Source: Isurus oxyrinchus
Lineage: Eukaryota
Assembly (NCBI GenBank): GCA_026770705.1
Contig: JANJGN010000026.1
Location: forward strand, 35,464,001 to 35,528,000
Reading direction: 5' to 3'
Length of the DNA stretch: 64,000 nucleotides
Each line of letters opens with the position of its first letter. Position 1 is the first letter of the stretch. The notes under the pieces were generated by a model. It was not told the DNA's origin and did no database searches. It worked only from the letters and a program-made list of their open reading frames with translations. The position numbers and the translations under genes were made by a program. This document shows positions 40,520 through 52,841 of this stretch, in pieces.

Positions 40520-42240
40520 AAAGGGGTGGCGTGGTGGACTAATATTTCAGAGACCCCAGGTATGAGCCGGGTTTGAATCCCACAAGAGCAGATGTTGAAA
40601 TTTGAGTTCAATAAGTCTAATGATAACCATGGCTGAATGCTGTAAAAAAATCTGGTTCACTAATGTCCTTTAGGGAAGGAAATCTGTTGCCCTCACCTGG
40701 TCTGGCCTACATGTGACTTAAGACCCACAGCTATGTGGGTTAACTCTCAAATGGCCCAGTAAGCCACTCTACTCTGTTGCATCAAAGGAATGAAACTGGA
40801 TGGAGCACACGGCAAATTGAGGCCTGCCAGCACTGCACTGCCCTTCGTACTAACATGAGAGCTGTCTCATTGATCAGTCAAGCATAGTCATACTATCTTA
40901 CAGACAATGCCCCAGGCACCACCATCGCTGGTTATGTCCTGGCAGCAGCCGGGAAGGAGTTGCCCTAGGACCCCTCAACATGGACTCCAGATCTCATGGC
41001 ATCAGGTCAAATAGGAGCAAGGAAACCTCCTGGTAATTACCAAGTACCCCCCTCCCCAACACCTGATGAATCTGTAGTCTTCCATTTTGAACACCACTTG
41101 GAGGAAACAGTGAGGGTGGTAAGGGCACAGAATGTTATCTGAATGGGGGACTCCAATGTCCATCACCTAAGAGTTGGTTGAGTCATAAAGGCCATGGCTG
41201 CTGGACTGGGTCTGGGGCATGTGGTGAGTGAACAAACAAGAGGGAAAAGATATTTGACCTCATCCCCTCCAATCTGCCTGCCATCTCCAGATTGAGGGTA
41301 CCCTCCATCGTGTTGTGTGACACCACAATCGTGCGAAATGACATAGGTTTCGCAAAGATCTTGCAGTTCAATTTTAGACAACAACTAGGTGCTGTGGGCT
41401 ATCAGAAGCAGCAGCACTGTGTTCAACCACAACCTGTAACCTCATGGACTGGCATACACCCCACTCCACCATTACCATCAAGCCAGTGGATCAAACGTGG
41501 TTCAATGAAGAGCGCAGTAAGGCATGCCAGGAGCAGCACCAGGCATACCTAAAAATGAGGTGTCAGCCTGGTGAAGCTATAACATATGACTGCTTGCGTG
41601 CCAAACAGCATAAGCAGCAAGTGATGGACAGAGCTAAACAATTCCACAACCAACGGATCAGATCTAAGCTGTCGTGCTGCCACATCCAGCCATGAATGGT
41701 GGTGGACAATTAAACAACTTGCCAGAGGAAGCGGCGTCTCCAATATCCCCATCCCCTATGAATAAAGTGTCTAGCAGGTCAGTGCAAAAGATAAGACTGA
41801 ACCATTTATTGCAATCTTTGGCTTCCTCCAGAGGTTCCCACAATCACAGATGCCAGTCTTCAGCCAATTCGATTCTCTCCTGGTGATATCAAGAAATGGT
41901 TGAAGGCACTGGATACGGCAAAGGCTATTGGTGCTGACAATATTCCGGCAAAAGTACTGAACATTTGTGCTCCAGAACTTGCCGCACTCAGACCGAATAT
42001 TTTCCAGTACAGCCACAACACAGGCATATACCCAGCAACGTGAAAAATGTCCCAGGTATACCCTGCACACAGAAAGCAGGACAAACCCAACCGCCCGAAC
42101 AGACTATTCTCGATCATCAGTAAAGATATGGAAAGGGTCATCAACAGTGCGACCAAGCAGCACTTGCTTAGCAATGAGTTGCTCACTGACGCCCAGTTTG
42201 GGTTCCGCCAGGGCCACTGAGCTCCTGGCCTCATTACGTC
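40520..42240 (+). mobile_element. L2/CR1-group LINE 5' part (endonuclease to early RT) preceded by a tRNA-like head
   Basis: MGDSNVHH, DQTWFNEE, KAIGADNIP and QFGFRQGH motifs, frameshifted; B-box-like ggtttgaatccc at about 40570. Confidence 0.8.
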
Positions 42241-42522
42241 AACGACGGAATGAGACAGATAGACCCTCCGATGAAGAAAGTACCTGAGCTACCGAGAAAG
42301 ACAGGGAGAAAGAGAAAGTCAGGGAAAATAATCGGCCCAGAAGCAATTGGTGCCCAATTGTCATCAGTCTTGAGAGACTAGCCAATCATGTCACTGGGAA
42401 ACGCCTTTCCGTTTCTCAATAAGTGAAGCTTGCCCCGATCCGAATTTCCTCTTTATCTCAGAACAGAGTGTCAACATATTTCTAATCATATCTTACTTCA
42501 TCCGAATTCTAATCCTGACACC

Positions 42523-42953
42523 ATATGCTCCCAGTGCCCCTTAATGATAATAATGATCTTACTGCATGGTGAGTCAATGTTTAAATGGTCCATGTCTGTT
42601 CCATTTGTTATATTCAATTCCAGATATTTGATACGTTCTGTGTTTTGTTCCAGGAACAAATGGTCAAGATTCAGTGTCCCAGAATCCCCCTGAATTAGCG
42701 GCTCTTGAAGGACAAGGCATAAAACTGGAATGTATTTATTCGGCAGCTGGTGTAACTCTGTTCTGGTACATTCAGTACCCCGGGGAAGCTCCGAGATATT
42801 TAATGAAGATATATAGCTCGGAGAATGCAGAAAATTTCCAGATTTCCCAGATAGATTCTCCGCTGTTTTGCACAATGGGAACAAAACAGTTCCTTTAAAT
42901 ACCACTGGGGATTTTCTCTCCGACAGCGCCGTGTATTTTTGTGCCATGGAGCC
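42523..42953 (+). pseudogene. TRAV: TCR alpha/delta V pseudogene (family A copy 1)
   Basis: Leader 42523-42568 with ATG>ATA relative to its paralog. V exon from 42654: QDSVSQNPPELAALEGQGIKLECIYS..LFWYIQYPGEAPRYLMKI, 1-nt deletion at about 42835, then DSAVYFCAMEP. RSS CACACTG-24-ATTAAAACC. Confidence 0.9.
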
Positions 42954-43057
42954 CACACTGCTGCAGAGATATAGCGTATCCCGTATTAAAACCCCGCTGG
43001 GAGTTCCAGTCAGTGCTCAGCTGTCACACCCGAAAAACAGAAACAATTCAGCCTGTA

Positions 43058-43275
43058 ACTCTTTCGAGTACAAACACGTTTCCATCTGTTTCATATGAAG
43101 TTACATTGTTTCATAGTTTGCCATTGTGAGATTTGAACTATTGATTTCTTTCGAGTACAAACCCGTTTCCATCTGTTTCAGATGAAGTTACATTGTTTCA
43201 TAGTTTGCCATTGTGAGATTTGAACTTTTGATCTTGGGGTTGCAAACCCAGTACCATAACAACTTGGCTATTTAG
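43058..43275 (-). mobile_element. tRNA-derived SINE with internal 87-bp tandem duplication and 7-bp TSD
   Basis: A-box TAGCCAAGTTG and B-box GTTCAAATC on the minus strand; TSD gcctgta at 43051-43057 and 43276-43282; absent at the paralogous site near 52730. Confidence 0.75.
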
Positions 43276-43997
43276 GCCTGTAGGTGTCACAGGCTCATTA
43301 ATGAAATATCAAAACCAATCATAACGCTGAACAAGAACAGCTGAGCAGCAACTGAGGAATTCTATGAGTTGGGATTTTATCATGCATCTATACTAAACAT
43401 GAATTTCCCAAATTAATTTGTGGTGCGTTAATTCACATTTTGCCTTTTGATGATCTTTCCTTGACTGTCGGAATTATTGCCCCTTTCTCCATCTCCACTG
43501 TCCCTTTTGAAGTCTCTTTGGTCAACGCCGGCACATGTTGTCTATTTGACCAGACTATTTTTCAGGTTCATGGAAGGTAGGTAGAAAATGAACACATTTC
43601 ACAAGGGAATGATTGCGCTCTTTTAAACAAGCCCCAAGCACAGAGTTCCCTCAATGTGCATTGTCCTTTCGAGTGTCTGCTTGATATTTTCTTACACCAT
43701 TCACAACCCGGTGTTTCTGTTTTTCAATAACCAGACAAGGGGATCCATCCCCACCCCTGTCCCTAATAATATAACATCTCCGTTATAAGGACACAGACAA
43801 TAGCCCCGCTCGGGCTATTTACATTCACTGACAGCCGCTCCCCTCCGCCACCAAACCTCCCGCCCACCCCACCACTACAGGTCTTAAAGAACCAACGGAT
43901 ACACAAGGGAATGAGGTGAGAGGGTCCCGGGAATAACAACCGATTATTGATGGTTTCTTCTAATCTCAATTTCCCTTTCACAGAGCGGACAGTGATA

Positions 43998-44524
43998 ATG
44001 TCGACAAGCAGCAATTGGGGTGTATGGGGAGTGACCGGGGCATTCCTGACAGGGAACTGTGAAATAAACACATTTCATCTCATTTTCAAAACATAGTTTC
44101 AATCTGAATTTTAAACACTCTCCTGTATGAGCATTTTCTGTTTGATCATGTGTTTCAGGTCTGAGTTATGGAGATCGTTACTCAGATACTGTCCTCAAAT
44201 GTTAAGACTGAAGGAGAAGTAGCTGGTTTAAGTTTCACTGATGATATTTCACGGAGTGAATGCGTTTTATTCTGGTACCGGCTGATCCCGATCGGGCTGT
44301 AATTACAGGGGCAGTCTTCCTCATGTCTGCAGGCAATTGGTGAGACAGACAACAGCAAAAGGACCGTTCAGACAGTCACACCTCTCTCTGAGTTAAGGAA
44401 GTGAACTGTGAAGAGCTCATCAGAAGCAGGGCACAACCGGGGTTTATGTTGGGAAGCAATCTCACTCCCCAGTACTTTGTGCTGTGCTTGGGAGCTCCTG
44501 CCTGTTGGGGTTTGTACAGAATCC
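43998..44524 (+). pseudogene. Degenerate TCR V-delta-like pseudogene (family C copy 1)
   Basis: Acceptor ttcag at about 44158; GLSYGD/VTQILSSNVKTEGE..LFWYR; decayed YFCAV at about 44473 and nonamer-like acagaatcc. Confidence 0.65.
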
Positions 44525-44799
44525 AGGGCAGGTGCAGCCATAATGTCCAGCGGCGCTGTCAGTAACTCAAACACACACGGAGCGAAAACCACATTCACCT
44601 CGGATCAAACCGGCAACAACTGTTTCCAGCAGCGGCCAAGAAAACAAACTGCAGAATCCGACCCTACCGAACACATGTCAAATAATTCTACAGGTTAAAC
44701 CATCTTTCCTGTTTCTGATCAGCTTTTATTTCCCTTAAACTCCGAGCTCGATATTCAGATCAGCTCCGGGAAAGATGTTTCTGATCCTTAAACCAGACC

Positions 44800-44900
44800 G
44801 TCTGACATCACACTGACTGCAGGGCGAAGACGTCTCACAGCTGCAGGGTGACGTCACACAGGCTGTGGGTGGAGTCTTACTGGCGGATGCTCTGACGCAT
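44800..44900 (+). promoter_or_regulatory. CRE-containing V promoter region
   Basis: TGACATCA 44803-44810 and TGACGTCA 44849-44856, about 250-300 nt upstream of the leader at 45107. Confidence 0.55.
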
Positions 44901-45106
44901 GCGCACTCCCCTCCCCCACGCCCCATCATGCTGAAGCTCCATCGCAGCTTCAGTTTGTGATCACAAGTCCCAGAGACTCCGGTCTGGCGGACGCAGTGTA
45001 ACTGGTGTTGGGCTCAGTTTGATAGGGCACAGCGCTGCCTCCCCCGACAGCGCCTCTTGGCCTGAATCTGTTGAGAGTTACTTTACTGAAGTCGATAGGG
45101 TCCGAC

Positions 45107-45607
45107 ATGAAGCTGAGCCTCACTTTAGTGATCATCTCCCTGGATTTCTTACTTTTCCCTCCGTGTTAGTGTGCTCACTATTCCTGACCAGAATATTTTA
45201 TACATCCCTTATGTTGTTTTACATTGTACTTTACTTTATTGTATATCTTCTATTATCTTGTTCTTATTGTGCTATGTTATAGTTTATTGTGCTAGATAAT
45301 ATTGATTTCATCTTATTACTCTATATCTACATATTCTTCTCAGACTCCACTGACAGTGAAGAAATGTCACAATCTCCCAAGTCAGTGGTTGCTACCAAAG
45401 GAGAAACTGCATCGTTCAGCTGTTCCATTAGAGTAGGAGGACAGATCCTACACTGGTACAGGCAACACCCGGACAGAACCGTGCAGCACCTGGCCAGTGT
45501 TCGGGACAGGATCACAGCTTGGTTGATTGCAGTAGAGAAGAGCAGTGCTCTGAATGTTAGTGACGCTCGAGTGACAGACACCACCACCTATTTCTGTGCG
45601 GTTGGGA
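45107..45607 (+). CDS. TRAV: TCR alpha/delta V gene, open frame with shortened CDR2/C'' (leader 45107-45164, V exon 45344-45607)
   Basis: MKLSLTLVIISLDFLLFPP|YSTDSEEMSQSPKSVVATKGETASFSCSIRVGGQILHWYRQHPDRTVQHLASVRDRITAW...DTTTYFCAVG. Phase-1 gttagt..cag intron; RSS CACAGTC(45608-45614)-23-ACAAACACC(45638-45646). Confidence 0.82.
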
Positions 45608-46539
45608 CACAGTCCAGCAAAGATCAGTAGAGATCGTACAAACACCTGCCAGCGAGACACTGACGGATTGTAATCTGTACAGACATCAAAGCGGGCAGTC
45701 TCACTCCGGCTAAACAAAAGCAATAAAGGAGCCTCCACAGTGAGGGTCACAGGGACCTTCCTAAAACACCTAATAACAGCAGCAAAGAAGAAGAGCTGAG
45801 GAACACTTGCGCAATTATATTAGTTGATTTCAACTCGAGTTTGTACCATAATCGATTTTCATAAATCAATTTGATCACTTTCATTTACTTATTGCCTTTT
45901 TATGCAGTTTCAGTGCCTGTCTGTAATATTGAACAACCCTTCCCCATTTATACACAATGAACCCAGCTCACCAGGCAGTGACTGTGATGTCTAAAACAAA
46001 CTTCAGATCTCGAGTTCACCCACTGACCATTGAGCTTCAGAATGTTCCTTCAATGCTGGAATATTTTCTGTACCCATTAACAATCCCAAATTTGCTAGTG
46101 ATAATGAACAGATCAGGATTGAACTCCACGCCCCCCCACCTCCCCCCCCCCCCACCACGCCCATCTCTAAAAGTGCAGGATTTCCCCTATCTGACTGTAG
46201 TCCAGCTCAGGATTTTTCCATTCAATGTCAGTCAGCTCACCACCGAAGGATCTCACGGACCCATGGAGACACAAAGAAGTGAGATGAAAACTACCTGACA
46301 CATAGCAGCAAACTATTAAGGGTGGGGATTGGAATGGGTATCTTCAAATCTGATTCTGTCAGTCGGATCGGATTCTGCAGTTTATTCTCTCGGTCGCTCC
46401 TGGAAACAGTTGGGTGACAGTTTGATCTGAGGTTAAAGTGGTTTCCTCTCGGTGTGTGTTTGAGCGGTTGACAGCACCGCTGGACATTCTGGCTGCACCT
46501 GCCCGAAATTCGATGCAAACCTCAACCGACAAGGATTCC

Positions 46540-46850
46540 CAGAATGGAGTGAATAGAGTTTCACTAGGAAGGAAATACGTATTGAGAAGTAAGATAATGA
46601 TGATGAGCGGACTGAGGGTGTTCCGCAGGATGGTCCTCCTCTGCATTGCTGCAGTCCGGGAAAACCTCTGTCAGAGCAGAAATACCGAGCCCGGCCCCAC
46701 TGAACTGCCGACCCAAACAATGCCAACTAGAACACAGGCAGCATTCGGTCCAATAATAAGGCGGGTCAGAGAGGCGACAGCAAACGGAAGCTGTGGGCGG
46801 GGCTACATCAGGAAGTCTTGTCACACATGGAATCCATTTGTAAGCAGCTG
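46540..46850 (-). pseudogene. Orphan promoter and decayed leader of V family B, no V exon
   Basis: Homologous to 47890-48190 and 63790-64000; start codon and donor are lost. Confidence 0.6.
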
Positions 46851-47472
46851 AAGTCAATAGTATTGTCCCCTTCGAAAATGACATAACTCTGCCTCTCTAT
46901 AACAGCTGCGGCATTTTCATATTCATTCCATATTGGGGGAGAGCATGGTGAGCACCGGCAAGTCAGAATTAGTAAATTATTCAATAATAAAGGGAATTAT
47001 CATTAGCGACTTGGGATAAAACGAGGGTTGTATCTATGGGCAGCTGGATTAGTCTGTGTTAATGTTCAACAAGTATCAATGGTCTGAAACGGTTAAACTA
47101 AAGACAGGAAGAAGGGAATGTCTGAAATTATTCGTAACGGGTGGAGACAGAGGCTGAGAGAGAACAAGTCAGCAGGGAAACGCATCCAAGGAAAAGAAAG
47201 ATGAGTTAAAGCACCATATATCGATTCGTAGTGTTCATTTTTCTTAGGTGTGAGAGTTGAAAACGCACATTGATATTACTGCTGAAGCGATCATTGTCAG
47301 TTCTTGTAAGGGGTTGTGTTTTGGTGCAATTTTAGGACGGTCTCTGTGCCTCCCACTGTGGAGGCATGATTATTGTTTCTATTTATGGGTGTGAGAGCGC
47401 CCTCTGCTGAGCACTAACTGGAACTCTCAGTGTGGGGTTTTTGAACGGGGTCCACGTCTCTGCAACAGTATG

Positions 47473-47966
47473 GGCTCTCTGGCGCAGAAATATACCGCGC
47501 TGTCAGAGATCAGGGCATTGCAGATCATTAGCTCGGTAATCTTGGCTGTTTTATTTAACATAGCTGAAAAGCGATCGGTGATGTCGGTGTGTCTGTATTG
47601 TTTCCCTCCCCGAATGTGAAGCATGTACTGTGGAGGCTGCCCGCGGCGCTGACTGTACCAGTACACATAAGGGTTAGAATCGCTTGTTTTCAAGGTGCAA
47701 GTTAGTGTGACATTACTTTAATCTTCCGCCGTTATTTCAGCAACCGGTTGTTCCACTGTCTCTGGTTGGCTCCATTCTAACATAAAACAATAGCAATAAC
47801 AACAATCAGCATCAGCCTCATTTAAGTAAACATAATCGTCATCAACATCACCATTTTCTTACTAAAAACAACATCTGGGTTACAGCATCAGGAAGAGAAT
47901 GGAGTTTTACTGGGAAGGAAGTACTTACTGAGAAGTGATGAGGAGCGGAGCGAGACGGTTCCCCAT
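47473..47966 (-). pseudogene. TRAV: TCR alpha/delta V pseudogene (family B copy 1)
   Basis: V exon 47776-47473: ETVEQPVAEITAED*SNVTLTCTLKTSDSNPYVYWYSQ...DSAVYFCAREP, with TAA in FR1. The 38-nt leader (47966-47929) is out of phase. Defective RSS CATACTG-21-TCAAAAACC. Confidence 0.9.
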
Positions 47967-48419
47967 GGAACTTCCTGAGTCTGCAACTGTGCAATGCAGG
48001 AAATTCTCTGCCAGAGCAGAAATACAGATCCCTGTCCCACTGCACTGCTGACCCAACCAATGGCAGGGATGGACCAGCGGCAGCAATCACTCCAATGCAC
48101 AATCGGATCAGAGCAACAGCAGAAAACGGAAACTGTGGGCGCAGACTGAATATTGAATGAAGTGTGCAGTACTCTTAGCTGCACCTGGTACTGCTGGAGC
48201 GGAAATAGCGACGGTTGAATCTGCAGAATTCTCTAACCATCCTGCACCTGCTCACTGTTCAACTGACTGAAACCAAATAAGGTGTTTAGAATCTTAGAAG
48301 AAGGACTGAGTCACGTCTAGACTTCATGGAAAGAGTTATACAATTCATCTTTCGTCTCCGCATTTTCCACATAGCCGGATATTCTGCAGTGGTTCCAGCT
48401 CTGAACAAATGGCAGTGAA

Positions 48420-48740
48420 ATAAGAACATAAAACATAACATAAGAATATAAGAACGAGCAGCAGGTGTAGGCGATTCAGTCCCTCGAACCTGCCCAGCTA
48501 TTCAATACGATCATGGCTGATTTCATTTCGGCCTCAACTGCAATATCCCATCCTCTCCCCATAACCTCTCAACCCATTACTAATTGAAAATCTGTCTATC
48601 TCCTCCTTCAATTTATTCAACGTCCTGGCATACATTGCACTCTGAGGTAGTGAATTCCACAGATTCACGGCCCTTTGAGAAAAGTAATTGCTCCTCATTT
48701 ATGATTTAAATCTGCCACCCCTTAGCCTAAAACTATGGCA
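48420..48740 (-). mobile_element. CR1 3' end
   Basis: taagaaca-type tandem tail; similar to 28055-28400. Confidence 0.7.
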
Positions 48741-49489
48741 ATGGTATCGGCAGAAACCGGCACAACCTGTAAGTTGGGTAATCAGCAAACTAATAGGACT
48801 GAAAATAGTTGAAATCTCAGGACGATAACTGGCGGCTGCTGACGCATCTAAGAAGTCCGGTTATCTCAAAATAAGTGGCCTGAGTGCGGAGAGCGCTCTG
48901 AGGCCCAGTGTCAGTTAAAAGCCGAAAACCCGTACAGAAAACTCAGCGAGTATTCACTACTCAGCTAAGTGTTTTTAATGTCTATCTGCGACTTTAGTTT
49001 GCTCCCGAGCTCACAGAGAACAGGAGCTGACAAGTTTATTTTGAAACATTTGTATTGTTGTATTCGGCCTTGTCCAAATCAGCAGAGAGCAGGCCTGGGA
49101 AATTTTGAGACTCGACTCCATGGCCCGAGTTATAGCTCTTCAGTAAATGTCTCGGAGCTTACCCGAACATTTGATGTACCAACAGATGTAGAGAAAGCTC
49201 ACAGGCATGGAATAACTATAGCAGACCATTATGGTCTGTTCTCCCACACAGTTAACTCAACGGGATCTTGGGACACTTGGTTGACACCACTTGTTACTGT
49301 AACAAAACAAAGAAGGTGTCAAAGTCTGGAATTGAATTTAACACATGAAATAGACAATGACGCTTTAAATATAGAATTAACAAACAGCATGACCGTTATC
49401 AGAAAGGGCCGTAGAGAGTACGTAGTGTCTGGTGTAGACTTCGACAGACAGTAACTGAATTTTAAACGGCTTTTCAGGTGAGGAAGTGA

Positions 49490-50610
49490 GGTGATCGTGA
49501 CTACCGTTGATATCAAGGCCACATTTGATGGATTGTGACTTCAAGGAGCCCTAGCAAAACTGGAGTCAATGGGAATCAGGAGAAAATTCTCCGCTGGTTG
49601 GAGTCATACTTAACACAAAGGAGGATGGTTGTGGTTGTTGCAGGTCAGTCATCTCAGCTACAGGAGTTCCTCAGGGTAGTGTCCTAGGTCCAACCATCTT
49701 TAGCTGCTTCATCAATGAACTTCCTTCCATCATAAGGTCAGAAGTGGAGATGTACGCTGATGATTGCAAAATGTTCAGCAATTCGTGACTCCTCAGATAC
49801 TGAAGCAGTCCATGTCCAAATGCAACAAGGCCTGGATAATATCCAGGCTTGGGCTGAAAAGTGGCAAGTAACATTCACACCACACAAGTGACAAGCAATG
49901 ACCATCTCCAACAAGGGAGAATCGCCTTTGATGTGCAACGGTATTACCACCGCTGAATCCCGCACTAGGCACACCCTGGGGGCTACTATTGACCAGGAAC
50001 TGAACTGGACTAGCCGTATAAATACTGGCTACAAAAGCAGTTCAGAGGCTAGTAATCCTGTGGCAAATAACTCACCTCCTGACACACCAATACCTGTCCA
50101 CTATCTGCAAGGCACGAGTGAGGAGTGTGATGGAATAGTCCCCACTTGCATGGATGAGTGGAGCTCCAACAACACCCAGGAAACTTGACACCATCCAGGA
50201 CAAAGCAGCCCACTTGATTGGCACCACATCCACAAACATTGAATCCCTCCACTACGTGGCACAGTAGCAGCAGTGTGTACTATCTACGAAATGCACTGCA
50301 GGAACTCATCAAGGCGCCTTAGACAGCACCTTCCAAACCCACGACGACTACCACCTAGAAGGACAAGGACAACAGATAGATGGGAACACCACCGCCTGGA
50401 ATTTCCCCTCCAAGTCACACACCAACTTGACTTTGAAATATATCGCCTTTCCTTCACTATCGCTGTGTCAAAATCCTGGAACTCCTTTCCTAGCAGCAGC
50501 ACGAGTGCACCTTCACCACAGGGACTGCAACAGTTCGAGAAGGCAGTACACCGCCACATTCTCAACGGTTATTAGGGACAGGCAATAAATTCTGGCCCAG
50601 CAGGCATCCT
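49490..50610 (+). mobile_element. L2/CR1-group LINE RT and 3' end
   Basis: [26 protein letters not shown] and SKSWNSFP motifs; tail shared with the SINEs. Confidence 0.88.
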
Positions 50611-50719
50611 GTAAAATTACAATTCAGCATCGTACAAGATAATACAATATAGCAAAGTCCAGCAGAAGATAACGGATCTGATGAGTGAAATATTGCTGTC
50701 AGAAATAGAGATCACCCTC

Positions 50720-50779
50720 ATGCGTTGGAAAGAGTAAGATATCCAGGAATGTAATCACTAAAGTGAAGCTCAGATTCAT
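50720..50779 (-). pseudogene. Orphan leader paralogous to the 45107 leader; V exon replaced by LINE sequence
   Basis: Minus strand ATGAATCTGAGCTTCACTTTAGTGATTACATTCCTGGATATCTTACTC versus ATGAAGCTGAGCCTCACTTTAGTGATCATCTCCCTGGATTTCTTACTT; homology ends at about 50620. Confidence 0.7.
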
Positions 50780-51044
50780 GCGTCGGCTGTTATCGACTTG
50801 TATTTACAGGGACAGTCTTACATCTGTTTTCAGGCAATTGGTGAATCAGAAGATTCAAATCAAGAGAGGGACCTGGCGAAGGCATCACTGTTGTGTAATC
50901 AAACTGAACCCAACATCAATTACACTTTGTCTGGAGGACTCGGGTCTCTAGGACTTGTCATCACAAAGTGAAGCTTTGAGGGAGCTTCAGCATTTATGGA
51001 GTGTGGGGGAGAGGGGTGCTCATGCGTCAGAGTAACCGCCAGTG

Positions 51045-51137
51045 TGACGTAATTCTGCGGCCTGCGTGACGTAGGTCTGTCTGTGTAACATCACCTAGTA
51101 AACTTTGTGACGTCATCCGACAGACTGTGTGACGTCA
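51045..51137 (-). promoter_or_regulatory. CRE cluster
   Basis: TGACGTCA at 51108 and 51130; TGACGTA at 51045 and 51067; paralog of 44800-44900. Confidence 0.55.
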
Positions 51138-51429
51138 GGCTGTCTGGTTTGTGGAACAGAAACATTTTTCCTCGGAGCTGATCTGAATATCGAATCCTGA
51201 GTTTAAGGGAAATAAAACAGGAAACAGGAACAGGAAAGACGGTTTAACCTGTAGATTCATTTGGTGGTCGATCTGTCGGTAGGGCTGGGATCTGCAGTTT
51301 CTTTTCTCGGCCGCTGTTGGAAACAGTTGGGTGACAGTTTGATCCGAAATGAATGTGGTTTCCTCTCGGTTTGTGTTTGAGCAGCTGACAGCGCCGCTGA
51401 ACCTTGTGGCTGCACCTGCTCGAGATTCG

Positions 51430-52028
51430 ATGCAAGCCCCATCAGACAGGATCTGCCAGACACAGCCCAAAGTACCCGGATGAGACTGATTTTCATCGTA
51501 AACTCCGGCTGCGAGTCCTCCTTCGGACCAACTCGTCAAAGTTAACTTTCTCCGCTCAGGGAGAGAGATGTGACTGCCTGAAAGGTGCTGTTGCTATTTT
51601 CTTGCCTCAGCAATTGCCTGAAAACAGGTGTAAGACTGCCCCTGTAAATACAGCCCTGTAAATACAGCCAGATCGGGGCCAGCCAGTAACAGAATAAAAC
51701 ACAGTTCACCCCATGTAGTGTCATAAATGATACTTAAAGCAGCCACTTCTCTTTCGTCGAAGCAAGTGAGGACAGTAGCTGAAAGAAAACATCTCCATGA
51801 CTCAGATCTGAAAAGCATGTGCCAACAGGAAATTACTGACTGGAGGGTGTATAAAATTCGGATTGAAATCTTGATTCGGAAATGAGACGAAATGTGTTTG
51901 TTCCATAATTACTTGCCATAATTATCTCTCCTCCCCCCCGCCGCACACTCCCCCCACCCCCTCCGCCCCCAACCTCCCCCTCACCCCCTCCTGACAACCA
52001 TTTCAACCTAGATGCTGGGTGGCTGCAT
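51430..52028 (-). pseudogene. Degenerate V-delta-like pseudogene (family C copy 2)
   Basis: Leader MQPPSI*VEMVVRRG|gtgagg; exon ttcag|ATCTGAGTCATGGAGAT...; inverted paralog of 43998-44524. Confidence 0.6.
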
Positions 52029-52841
52029 TGTCGCTGCCCGCTCTGTAAAATGTAAATTGTGATTAGAAGGAACTTGTTGTAATCTTCACCATCAAGTATC
52101 TTCTGATGTTTCTCGACGTCATCTCACCTCACTTCCTTGTGTATCCAGTGATGCTTTAAGGTTTGTAGTTGGGAACACGCTGGCAGCGAATGGAAACAAC
52201 CCGAGCTGAGCTATAGTCAATGTCCTTTCAAGAGGAATGGTTAGATGGTTAGGGACAGGGATGGGACTGGGCCCCCTGGTCTAGTTATTACAATTCAGAA
52301 GCACTGGTTTGTTAATGGCGTCAGGAAAGGTTTGACACTCGAAAGGAGAATGAACATTGCGGGAACTCTGTCCTCGGGGCTTGTTTTAAAGAGTGATAAC
52401 ACAACCTGATAAAGTGTCTTCGTTTTCTATAAACTGTTTTTGAACCAGCAAAATACTCTGACCAAATAAACACCACGTACAGGCTTTGACAAAAGGGGCC
52501 TTGAAGGAGAGAGTGGAGAAGGGGAAAGGGCTGCATAAGAGTTCAGGCAGGCAATGAAAGATCATCAAAAGACTAAATGTGAGTTAGTGCAATACAAATT
52601 TATTTGTGGAATTAAATTTTACTACAGTTGCAAGTTAAAATCAGCTAATATAATTCCTCAGTTGCTGCTCACCCGTTCTTCAGCGTTGTGTTTGTTTTGA
52701 TATTTTATTGAAGACTCTGTGACCCTCACAGGCTGAGTTATTGCTTCAGTTTAGCGGTGTGAGAGCGCCCTCCGCTGAGCATTAATGGGAAATCCCAGTG
52801 GAGTTTTTGTACGGCATCCCCAAAATCTTTGCAGCAGTGAG

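Noticed and set aside
43190-43275. tRNA gene
   Set aside because: Imperfect cloverleaf, attached non-tRNA tail and TSD indicate a SINE.
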